A stretch of 64,000 nt of DNA. It comes from Malacoraja senta. Its lineage: Eukaryota. Below the pieces are notes generated by a model. It was not told the origin of the DNA. It saw nothing but the letters and a program-made list of their open reading frames with translations, and searched no databases. Positions 12,755 to 24,000 of the stretch are shown in pieces. The position numbers and the translations under genes are program-made. Positions within the stretch are counted from its first letter, which is position 1, and the number at the start of each line of letters is the position of its first letter. Location of the stretch: assembly GCA_038087875.1 (NCBI GenBank), contig CM075988.1, forward strand, positions 8,682,001 to 8,746,000. Reading direction: 5' to 3'.

Positions 12755-13460
12755 ATAGAACATGGAACAGCACAGCATTGGAACAGGCCCTTCAGCCCAC
12801 GGTGTCTATACCAACCGTGATGCCATTTTACACTGCACACATGCCTGCACATGTCCACATCCTTCTATTCCCCCACAGTTCACATGCCTGTTGAAATGCC
12901 ACTTAAATATTGCTTCCACCACTTCCCCATCAACACGTCCCAGATATCGACCACTCTCTCTCTCAAAGCAAACTTGCCTCGTAAAGCTCTTTTAATTTTT
13001 CTCCCTCTCACCTTAAAATTATGGCCTCTAATTGACATTCCCTTCCTGGGAAAATGTCTCTGACCATCTACCCTGTCTATGCCTCAAACAATCAGTTTGC
13101 CTCTCATTCTCTGTTTCTCCAGAGAAAACAATCCAAGTTTTATATCTAATAGTCTCTAATTCAGGCAACATTGTGGTAAAACCTGCTGCATCCTCTCCAC
13201 ATCCTTCCTGTAATGAGGCAACCAGAAAAACATATAATACTTCAAATGTGGCTGACAAAAGTTTTATACAATTGCAACATGACTTCCTGACTTTTATACC
13301 CAACACCCCATCTGATGAAGGTAAATATGTGCTATGGTTTTATTACCCTACCTGCTTGTGTTGCCACTTTCTGGAAGCTATGGACTTCCACCTCCAAGAT
13401 CCTTCTATTATCTATACTCTTGCAGGTCTTATCTTTACTGCATACTTTCCTTTTACATTT
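12755..13460 (-). mobile_element. CR1 LINE 3' portion (degraded)
   Basis: catagaacat...acaggcccttcagccca tail in reverse, plus FTTMLPEL-like CR1 C-terminal remnants. Confidence 0.6.
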
Positions 13461-13599
13461 AGTTTCTTTATTGAGATTAGATTTACTTTACATATTACAG
13501 CACACTCAACCTAGGATCCATGCCAGCTTTCAACACACTAATAGCATAATCTTGATTCACCCTCTCTTACTTCCCTGAAGTCCTGCAAGATACAGTATT

Positions 13600-15150
13600 C
13601 TCTTTCACAAGCCTATCAACTCCACTTTGATTCTTTTGCCACCTTCCCACACCAGGAGTAATTTACAGTTGCCATTTAATATACCACCAAATCTTGAAGA
13701 GCTAATGAAAGATAAATGTAAGAAACAGGCTTTGGGTAATGATAAAGCCAAATTACCACCGCTAAGTCCCCACATTTTGGGGTCTCCATTGACCAGAAGT
13801 TCAACTTAATCAGCCTCATAAATATCTTTGCTGCAAGAGCAGGTCAGAGGCTGGGTATCCCTGGGCAGGTGCCGGGTATCCTGACAACGCCTGCCGCTTT
13901 TAACCATTTACTGGACACATCGGAATCATGATGGACTACTCTCACTCGGAACCAACCTGAGGGCTCCAGTCGCGGAGCCTGCGGACTCGCCATCGCGGAG
14001 CTGGCCGACGTTGGAGCGGGGAGAGCTGCGACGCGTCTTCGGAGGTTCGGAGGCTCCGGCCGCAGGCCCGGTGGACAGGAACATCGGGAGCTCGCAGGTC
14101 CCTGGTGCGAGACCGCTTTTCGGAGCTCACGCAACGGCCACTTCCCCTGCCGGAATCGCGGGGTTTAAATGACTCGGAGCAGGGCCTAACATCGCCCGGC
14201 GCGGCTTAAACGGCCGTGGGACTTACCATCGCCCGCCGGGGGCTTTAACATCGTGAGCCCCAGTCGCCTTGACGCAGCAGTTGGACTGCTGGACCGCGGG
14301 AGAAGAACAAAGAGCAGAGAAGAGATAAGATTTGTGCCTTCCATCACAGTGAGGTGTTGTTGGAGATTCACTGTGATGGATGTTTGTGTAAATTATGTTA
14401 ATTGTGCATCTTGGTTTTTTTTTTGTAATGTCATGACTGCAGGAATGAAATTTCGTTCAAACCTTGTCTGTTTGAATGACAATAAAAGGCATTCTATTCT
14501 ATTCTATTCTATTCACTTGCTGGTTCAATGCAGATCCAGTGACTCTAAAGGAGTCTGACATCATCTACGATGAAAAAGGGTCCCAACCCGGAACGTCACC
14601 CATTCTTTTTTTTTCCAGAGATGCTGCCTGCCCTGCTGAGTTACTCCAGCACTTTGTGTCTACCTTCTAAGTTAAAGCAGCCTACTTGACTGACACCCTA
14701 TCCAGCACCCGAAACATTAGTTACCTCCACCACCAGTGCAGTGGCTGCAGAGTGAACCATTTACAAATGAAGGCAGTTACTCACCCAGGTCACTCACTTA
14801 AACCTTCTCAGTCTGAAGAAGGGTCTTGACCCGAAACGTTACCCATTCCTTCTCCAGAGATGCTGCCTGTCCCGCTGAGTTACTCCAGCATTTTGCGTCT
14901 GTGGTGGGAGATTGCAGCCTTCACGTGGTTCACCCTGTTTTGACTAATACAATCAACCCGACGTGCACAAACAAGATCAAATAGAACAAGTTGACCTACA
15001 ACTTTAGGCTGTGCACGCCATACGCAAGAAGAAGATATTGTGTCTACCTTCGATTTAAACCAGCATCTGCAGTTCTTTCCCACTCACTTAGACCCTCCTA
15101 AACCTGCCGTCTCTACCATCAAGAAGGACAGGTGCGTAGGAACACCAACG
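13600..15150 (+). mobile_element. Old LINE remnant hosting nested younger inserts
   Basis: caagagcaggtcagaggctggg...gatggactactc and aaagcagcctacttga...ctccaccacc read as continuous LINE text once the inserts are removed. Confidence 0.4.
13945..14512 (+). mobile_element. GC-rich non-autonomous retroelement with (TTCTA)n tail
   Basis: Ends aataaaaggc(attct)n. Shares gaacaaaga..agagaagaga...gccttccatc(ac)agtgagg with the minus-strand copy at 30862-31492. Confidence 0.6.
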
Positions 15151-16179
15151 CAGGAAGAGGACCTTCGGCCCACAATGTGCATGATGAACATTGAACAAGT
15201 TAAACTAATTTGCTCTGCCAACACACGGTTCATATAAATAGTGGGCAATAAATAGTGATGCCCGGATCCTGAAAAAAAACGTATCTTTCTTCTCTGCCCT
15301 TTTATTCATTGGTCATGTCAATTAGAATATGTAATTAGAACATATATTTAGGGTTACCTTGTGTTAGATTGCTATGATTAAAGAATGCAATCCAGCTACG
15401 TAAATTAAAACCAGTGAACTACAATGAGAAGATGTTCAAACTAATACTTTTGAATATATGCAATGTTTAATGTTTTTGTCTTATTCATGTACACTAATCC
15501 CTCTGGCAATGTAAATCAACATAATGTAATGTAATGTAAATCAACAGTCATTGCTTGCTGTACCTGCATGTTTTCTGCATAGTGAACCAGCACACCATTT
15601 TTTGTAATAACCTATGGTATCCCTAACATTTAAAATTTTTATAAATTAAATAATATCAAATATGAACAATGTCTCCTGTCCTCCTACCATTGAATAATCC
15701 CAAGTTCTCCCATGTTGTAATCCATCTGCCAGCTTGTTGTTCTTTCTTTCTACCTGGCTCCGCAGAAATTACAGAGAGGGAGGCTGAAATAATAGCAGAA
15801 ACCATTGTAAGTACTTGGAAGGTCAAGCAACAGCTGGGGACACAAGGAACTACAGGTTGGAATCTTGAGCAAAACACAAAGTGATGGAGAAACTCGGCAG
15901 GTCAGGCAGGAACTGCGGAGGGAAATGGACATACGATGTTTCAGGTCAGGACCCTTCTTCAGACAGGTGACAAGCAACAACTGAGGAAAGAGAAGCATGG
16001 TTAACCATCTGCGATAGCTGAGAGCCCAGTACTGATCCATAAGAGACCCAATTCAAGAATTGGATTCATGAGTTGTAATTTAGAGTCTTTCTACACAGTT
16101 GAATGTAACCGAATTGAGTGTCCTTCTTTATTCATCATTGTCCTGTAATTTATTTTATGCCACATGCAGTGGTAGGCAT

Positions 16180-17240
16180 CGTGGTCATAAAGTCATGAGT
16201 TATACAACATAGAAAGTCCCAATATTTTGTCCTATCTATTCTATTCCCATTGCTTGCATTAATTCCATATGCATTGTTCCATGAGCATTGCTCATTCAAG
16301 TAGGTATTCAGATGCCTCTTAAAAGTTGTTACAGTTCCTCTGCCATCATATCCTCTGGCAGTTCATTCCAGAATCCTATCCCTCTTTTGTGAAAAAGAAT
16401 TACCCATCAAATGCTCTTTGAACTTTCTCCTTCTGACCTTAAATGTATGCCCTTTAGTTTTCGACCTGTCACTGGAAACAGACACAAGCCATCTACCTGT
16501 CTATGCCTCTCACATATACCTCTAACCTGTCACTTCTCAGCCAGTTTTGCTCCAGGGAAAATAAATCCAGCCTATCTATTCCCTCCTTATAACTTAGGAG
16601 GGAATTTATCAATCAATTGAGGCAACATCCTTATTTTAGAATATTCACACCGTACCTTCAGAGTGGTGACCAAAACTAGATGCAGAACTCCAAATGTGGG
16701 CTAACCAATATTCTGCACCATTATAAACATGACATCCCAACTTTTCTTCTTAATGCTTTGGACAATGAAGACAAGCACACTATACACCTTTAAAAAAGAC
16801 ACAAAATGCTGGTGTAACTCAGCGGGTCAGGCAGCATCTTCAGAGGTGATATTTCGGGTCTGAATGCACTATACACATTCTTCACCTTTCTGCCCACATG
16901 TGTTGCCACATTGAAAGAAATATGCAGTGTACCCAAGTTCTACACGCCCCTGGACCCTGCAATTTATTATGTATGTCCAGCCCTACTTTAACTTGCCAAA
17001 GTGCACTTCATAGTTGCCCAAGTTAATATTTCATCAACCATTCCCTGGCTCAATTTCCCAGTTGACCTAGTTCTTGTTGTAACCTGAGACACCAATCTTC
17101 AGTCCATTCTACTGCCAATTTTGTGGTCACCTGCAAACACACTAATCATGCCACCTACATTCTTATCTGAATCATTAATACGTGACAAAGAACAGACCAA
17201 CCCTCGGGTACACCGCTTGTCAGGCCTCTAATCTGAAACG
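16180..17240 (-). mobile_element. Old CR1 fragment interrupted by a Penelope repeat (~16795-16862)
   Basis: Reverse CR1 motifs (gtggtgaccaaaact...ctccaaatgtgg; ttgtggtcacctgcaaac...atcatgccacctac). Confidence 0.55.
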
Positions 17241-18094
17241 CAGTTTCACTTTGAAAATAACAAGTAAAATTCTAGGTGAAAATAATCATATCATAATTTT
17301 TATTTCCGTAGTTGTTAGTACATTTCTAGTGGCATTTTGGAGCTTGTATTATAGGAATTAAGAACTAATCATAGTTCCATGTTGAATGGAGCAAGATCCC
17401 TGCTGTTGAACATCTTGAAAGATTTCCACTGAATTGCAGGAATTGATGCAGGGCTAAACAAAAGAATAAAGTAGAGTCACAACTCTAAAGACACTATCTC
17501 TAAAATCTATGCTCAGTGCGTCAAACACCTTCGATGCAAGCAAAGGGATGGTCAACAATTTGGATCAAGACCATGAATCAGGACTGAGTGAGTAGAGAGA
17601 GTAAAAATGAGAGGAGTGAAGCAAAGACTGGTAGGTGATAGATGGAACCAGATGAGGTGGGAAGATGATAGGCTGATGGAGCCAGCTGGGGTGAGTGGTG
17701 GTGAAGGTAGTGACAGAATGAAAAGCAAACTGCTATAGGAGTCAGCACATCAGTCAGCATCTGTGGAACCAAAGTGTGTGGCTGATGTTTGAGTTGAGAT
17801 CCTGCTTCAGTCCTGTTCACACAATGCATGAACATTTGCTGTTTGACCCACTGAGTTCCACATTTTGTTTGTTTTTGCTCCACATTATATCATCTTCAGT
17901 CTCTTGTATCTCCAAGGTAAAGACACAGAATGTAACCAGGTAAGGGAGAGATGATGGGCAGATGGAACCAAGTAGGTGTGGTTGACAGATCTTGATAATG
18001 GTAGGGTGATTGGTAAAAGTGAACAAAGTGAGAGACAATCTGGGTGGATCAGGAGGAATGGAAGAGGATCAGAGAAGGGTATGGGTTCCCTGAC

Positions 18095-18460
18095 AGTGAA
18101 AAAGTCAACGTCCATACCATTGGATTACAACCCTAATGGAATACGAGTTGTCATCTACTTTGCACATGGCCTCACCCTGGCAATGAAGGTAGAGGATGGA
18201 CAGGTTACTGTGAGAATGGGAAGGAGAGTTGAAATGTCATGCAGCTGGAAGCTCAAGGTGGCTGTTATGGACAGAGTGAGGGTGCTCTCCAAAATCGTCG
18301 TCTAGACCACGCTTGGTCTCACTGATGTACAGGTATACATTGTGAACACTGAATGCAACAGCCAAGGTCGGAGGAGGTGCCCGTGAATCTCTACCCCACT
18401 GAGCAGGACTGTTTAGGTAACTTGATGGTCGTGAGGGAGGAGGTGTACATCCCACGGGTT
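18095..18460 (-). mobile_element. Degenerate Penelope GIY-YIG fragment
   Basis: Reverse complement resembles 27500-27870 (tacatcagtgagaccaagcgt = YI.ETKR). Confidence 0.5.
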
Positions 18461-18817
18461 CCTGAGGAAGTGAGAGCAGGAGGAATTAATAGACCAGGGA
18501 GAGCAACACCAAAAGTGGAGAGAAGGGACAAAGACTGGGGAAAAAGTAACTGTTGGTGGGATACCAAACACACCTCTAATAGATATATTTAAGTCAAACA
18601 AAAGGTTAATAAATTGCCTGGACTGTGAAGTTCAACACTTTTTTGGGACAAGTTCTTCTTTCAAGGAGTGTTAGCCATAATATAGTAGCCCCTCTTCGTC
18701 CCATGATCCTCAAGTTGACACGACCAACGCTATAGTTGTTTGGGGCAAGAGGTCCCCTCTATTTATTTATGGCCAAAATAGTATATCCAATGGAACAAAT
18801 ATAAACTCAACATGAAG

Positions 18818-19110
18818 ATAGACATAAAAACTGGAGTAACTCAGCGGGACAGGCAGCATCTCTGGAGAGAAGGAATGGGTGACGTTTCGGGTCGAGACCC
18901 TTCTTCAGACAGGTTAGGGATAAGGGAAACGAGAGATAGATATGGTGATGTGGAGAGATAAAGAACAATGAATGAAAGATATGTGAAAAAATAACAAAGA
19001 TAAAGGAAACGGGCCATTGTCTGAAGGGTCTTGACCCGAAACTTTGCCTATTTCCTTCGCTCTATAGATGCTGCCTCGCCTGCTGAGTTTCTCCAACATT
19101 TTTGTCCACC
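18818..19110. mobile_element. Penelope-derived inverted mini-element with intact hammerhead core (minus strand, 18878-18910)
   Basis: The minus strand reads GT-CTGAAGA-AGGGTCTCGACCC-GAAA-CGTC-ACC. Confidence 0.7.
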
Positions 19111-19279
19111 AGGCCATTGTAAGCTGTTTGTAGGGTGAAAATGAGAAGCTAGTGCAAATTGGGGGAGGGCGGAGGGATAGAGAGAGAAGGAACTCAACAC
19201 AGTCTCTTTAGAATGACTGATAATACCAACTGCTTCTAATACTATAACATTGCTGTAATGTTCTGCGCAGATGGTTTAG

Positions 19280-20233
19280 TGGGCAAGGAATGTAGTTGTG
19301 TTGGCTCCATCGCTATAGGGGTAACGGCCCCATGTTGAGTCTACTGTCCCACAATGCCGCGGGCGGAAGTCACCGGCGCCATCTTTGAAGGGGGCATCAG
19401 CTTCGACCCATATGACCTGCTATCATACAATCTAAAGTACGTAAATCTATGTTTTCAAATTGCATACAGTTCTGAGGCGTTGCGGGGTAACATTACTCAT
19501 TAAGACGTTTCGGGTTCGCGCGGTTCTATTTCGGAATTGGTGATAAATCAGAGAAATGTCTAATCACCTCGAATTAAGCGGGTTCACTCTGGCTGCTGCC
19601 GCCATCTTTGTTTGGGGCACCGGGCCGCCGCAGGGTCTCGGAGATAAACCCAGGGCTTATATCCTTTCCTATTAGACACGGGTTCTGATTGTTATCGATG
19701 TTTATATCGTTTCAAAGCACTTTAGCCGAAGTTTGCTGGAATTTACAGGCAGTAATGAACTGAATGACAAATCAAGGCCGCCATCTTTGTGCGGGGCGCG
19801 ATTGCTTCCTATGCGCTCCGCCGGGTGTAACCTCGCGAATCCCGTTCTACTGTCGCAGAAATCTTTCAGCGACCTGACGTTACTCTTTGAAATACTTTGG
19901 GCCAGTTTCTGTACCTAAACCGCTCTTCAGTCCAATTAAATGAGAGCTCTCGCCATTTTTCAAAGGGGCGCGGGCGGACGGTTGTCCCACAATGCTCGCC
20001 GAGCTGCCATCTTTGTGCGGGGCACGGGGCTCTGCTGGCGGAATGGCCGTGCCTCTGCGTTTAAATTGGAGTTTGCGGGTCGGGATGAAGTAATTGAAGC
20101 GTTTTCCTGGCATTCTTTGCAGCAGCCGGGTACTAAGGGCTGTGGTATTTGTCTCGGGGGGAGGGGGCTGCAGGGTTTGCCCCTCTGCATCCCACAGTTC
20201 CCGGGGCGAGTGCACGGATGTAGACGGTGGACG
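19280..20233 (+). promoter_or_regulatory. CpG-rich TATA-less promoter/5' region of MSANTD2-like gene
   Basis: CpG enrichment against a CpG-poor background. Five YY1-like GCCAT(C/T)TT sites, two ZNF143/Staf-like TCCCACAATGC sites (19347, 19985) and an ETS-like GCGGAAGT (~19363). Confidence 0.75.
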
Positions 20234-20605
20234 ATGGCGGCGCCCAGGGCAGCGGACTCCCCGAGTCGGAGCTGGCCGAGCGCGGCGGCCGATGCCTCGC
20301 TCCAAATCGCCGCTCCCACCTGGACAGAAGTGGCGGGCGACCCTGCCAGCGAGCCTCCCACCCCCAACTGGACCAGTGGGGTGGTGGAGAACCCGGCCCC
20401 CAGCCCGAGCCGGCCGCCCGCCTGCCGCGGCATCTCCTGGACCCCGGCCGAGACCAACGCGCTGATCGCAGTGTGGGGCGACGAGCGGCTGCAGGACGTG
20501 CTGGAGGGCAACCTGCGCAACTCGCACATCTTCGACAGGATCTCGCAGGCCCTGCGGGAAATGGGCTACGAGAGAAGCGCTAACCAGTGCAAGGAGAGGA
20601 TAAAG
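20234..20605 (+). CDS. MSANTD2: MSANTD2-like coding exon 1 (Myb/SANT-like trihelix DNA-binding domain)
   Basis: ATG in good context (ACGATGG) gives MAAP...[23 protein letters not shown]...[14 protein letters not shown], matching the MSANTD2 N-terminus and SANT domain. Phase-0 GT donor at 20606. Confidence 0.9.
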
Positions 20606-22551
20606 GTAGCCGAGACTCCTGGCGAGTAAACTAACTGTAACCAATAACCGGGGTCGTGCAGGCACCGTCTCCATGGTTCAATGGTACTTTATTGCCGCAG
20701 ATACAGTGAAAAATGTTGTTTTGCATGCAATCCTGTAAAATCATACCATGCATAAGTACAATCGGACAGGAGTGCAACAAAAGGGAGTGCAACATTGTAT
20801 GTAGAGTTGGGACTATGTAAAGGGCACTCTACTGTTTTGAATAGCCCAAACCAACTAACCTGTGTGGTAACTCGTGTTATGTAATCAACTTGCCATCTAT
20901 ATCATGTTTCCCATCTCTTATTGATTCAGTTTGGGCATTTCTAAGCCCCTTTTCCCCCTGTACTTGTGAATGGTTTCTGTTGTTTTTGATATGGAACTGG
21001 TACTAAGTGGAGTTGGGCCACAAAATTAACCAAATTTCCATTCACACAATAGTTACAACACAGGAGACCTTCGAGTCCATGCTAACTCTATGTGAGAGCA
21101 ATTCGGGTTGACCCATTGCCTGTTCTCTCCCTTTAGCCCTGCAAATTAATTCCCTTGAAATACCTATTCAGCTTCCATATGAAAACTACAATTGAATTTA
21201 CTTAATCCACTATACATTCCAAACTCTAACCATTCTGTTTTCAAAATAAAATCACAGGATCACACTTTGATAGTAGGGTTCAATGACTATGTTACCTTGT
21301 TAGGTAATTTCAGAGGCTAGTCAACTAATTGGATCTAGTGTCATCAGACTAGATTGTATTTCTACCTTGAGAAAGTTGCTGAACATAGTTTCATGCTTAT
21401 CATACTATATCCCTTTCTTCCATATCTGTTTCAATCACTTACATTTAAAATTCCTTTCTGACTTAATAGAGCACAAACATGTTTCTGAATCACTGATGCA
21501 CATAATTGATGACACCTTACTTACAGTTATCTAAACTTACAGCAGCCTCAATCTATGATCCCACGTTCACAAATGTCAAAAGCCTGTCACGGTCTATCTA
21601 CCCATCCTCTGAGTCGTATAGTTTTGTCACAAGCAACATTTTAAACCGTTACCATTTTGCATGATGATTTCTAATTCCTAAGTTGAAAATCAGGAACTTT
21701 TGCTTATTCCCTACATTTAGGCTGGATATTAGTTTCATTGTTCCTGTCTTATCATTCCATCTCCAGGTGGTTACATTCCTTTTTTACAAACCTGAAACAA
21801 ACTAAGATTGAAATGGGGCTGAGTTTGGTGCTGAAAGAAGAAAATCCATCTTCCTAGGGGCAAAAGTATAGACAATAATGTCTCTCCTTCAAAGGCTGAT
21901 TTATTTTTCAACTTCTATCTTTAATATTTGTAGTTCAGTTGACATTGGTGATTAGCGTTAAGTTTTTTTTTCCCCTGGATTGTGTCCAGGTCTTAAGTGA
22001 TTCTCGTGTCTGTCTCTAGAACTGACTGCAGTATTCCAGGCGTGGTTTGTGTTGTCTTGTGTCACTGATGAAAGTCATGTTCCAAGTTGTGTTCAACTGT
22101 TTCACCTATAAGGTTGCCATATTATTCTGTTTGTATAATGCCATGCTACAGTTTGGCAAATTCTCTTCAGCTTTAGTTCAGTTGGTTTGATATCATTCAT
22201 GTGTGATATTATATTCTAATGGCATCTTAAAACTTGGTTATAATTTAATCTGCCCAGTTATATTTTATATCAGTAGTTATAACCTTTAGTTCACGAGTAT
22301 TTACTTCTGTTTTTCATATCTTTATATCATTTACAATTTTAAGCAGCCTTTTTCTTTCACATCTAAGGTTGTAAGTTCAAGAAACCACTCCCATGGACAC
22401 AGATTGGCCAAGGGTAGTTTAAATGCCATGTATATTTTCTGGTTTTAAAAACTGGTGACACTTTGAGCACTTGAGTCTTGGAACCATTGCAACTAGATGT
22501 CACATCCTTTGGTTCTTAAAATAAGACCTATTCCATAAATTTAAGCAGATA

Positions 22552-22682
22552 ATCTGAAGAAGGGTCTCGACCCGAAACATCACCTATTCCTTCGCTCCAT
22601 AGATGCTGCCTCACCCGCTGAGTTTCTCCACCATTTTTGTCTACCTTCGATTTTTCCAGCATCTGCAGTTCCTTCTTAAACA
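22552..22682 (+). mobile_element. Penelope terminal-repeat copy
   Basis: ctgaagaagggtctcgacccgaaac...cagcatctgcagttccttcttaaaca, same layout as 27965-28094. Confidence 0.75.
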
Positions 22683-23002
22683 GTAATATAGGAGTAATAT
22701 TTTGTTTTCTAAGAGGACGGATTTTGAATAACTTGTTAACCAGGGAGTCTGGACAGGTGTAAAAGTTGCATGTTACAATTCTGTATGCATGTCACTGATC
22801 TAGTTAACACCTTTTCAACCTGCCAACAGCGATTGTGTTTTTATTCACATTAAAGACCTTATGTAATTGTTTTTTTTTTAGCTTTGCAATAGCGGCAATG
22901 TTTCAGTGGTATTCAAAAGATTGTGTATTTCCAAAGATTAAATATATGTTCTTTTTTCCCCTAAATTCTTCTGATTTTTGATCCTGCATAATATTTCAGA
23001 GA

Positions 23003-23206
23003 TAGACACAAAAAGCTGGAGTAACTCAGCGGGACAGGCAGCATCTCTGGAGAGAAGAAATGGGTAATGTTTCGGGTCGAGACCCTTCTTCAAACTTGAA
23101 ATGTCACCCATTCCTTCTCTCTTGTGATGCTGCCTGTCCCACTGAGTTACACCAGCTTTTTGTGTCTATCTTCAGTTTAAACCAGCATCTGCAGTTCCTT
23201 CTTACA
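23003..23206. mobile_element. Penelope-derived inverted mini-element
   Basis: Inverted halves with a 16-bp TSD cataa(t/c)atttcagaga (22987-23002 / 23207-23222). Confidence 0.75.
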
Positions 23207-23772
23207 CATAACATTTCAGAGAACATGTAACCTTCATAAAATTAAATGTAAGTGAGGCATAAGGTCTGTACTAATACTTGATAGTCATTAAACAGAAAGA
23301 ACTATTGAAAATTGACCAGTCAGTTAGAATTAGATTTTATGAATAATCTCACCCTTCAAATCAAAAAAAGTGTAGCTAGTGCAGTGCGGGATTTTTGTTT
23401 TGTATTTCAGTGCATATTCAAATACCTTAGGGGCATTTAGAAAAAAAGCTGCATTATGTCTTATTTGTCAGAGTAAATAAAAACTTCAATGTGGCTCAGG
23501 ACCAATAAAAGTACTTTTAACACTCAGCAGGTCAGTCAGCATCTATAAAGTTCATACTTGGAGAATTTGCTTTCAACTTGGCAATGTTTTATCGGCAAGT
23601 TTAATTTAAAAGCTATAGGCAAATGTTATTTATTTGTGAGTTCAATTTTCTTTTTTACAGCAGGAGACACTGCACGAAAGATTTAAAAAAAAAAAAATCT
23701 GTCTCCTTTTATTTAAAATTAAATCTTCATTATTTGAGAACTTGCAATTAAGTCTCACTAACATAATAATGC

Positions 23773-24000
23773 ACAGTGGTGTAGCTCATAGAGCTGCTGC
23801 CTCACAGCGCCAGATTCCCGCATTCAATCTTGACCTCAGGTGTTGTCTGTGTGGAGTTTGCAGGTTTACAGGTTAATTGCCTTCTGTAATTTGCCCCTTG
23901 TGTGCGCGGAGAGTGGATGAGAAAGTGGGATAACATGGAACTTGTGCGAATGGGTGACTGATGGTCGGCGTGGACTTGGTGTTTACATGCTGTTTCAATC
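23773..24000 (+). mobile_element. V-SINE (diverged)
   Basis: tRNA-like head plus tgtctgtgtggagtttgca V-domain. Confidence 0.65.

Noticed and set aside
19940..20233. 98-codon in-frame extension upstream of the MAAP start
   Set aside because: It overlaps the promoter motif cluster and has no recognisable homology; the ATG at 20234 matches the known N-terminus and has good context.
19880..20674. Long antisense and alternative-frame ORFs over exon 1
   Set aside because: Expected from GC-rich, stop-poor sequence; the peptides are low complexity.
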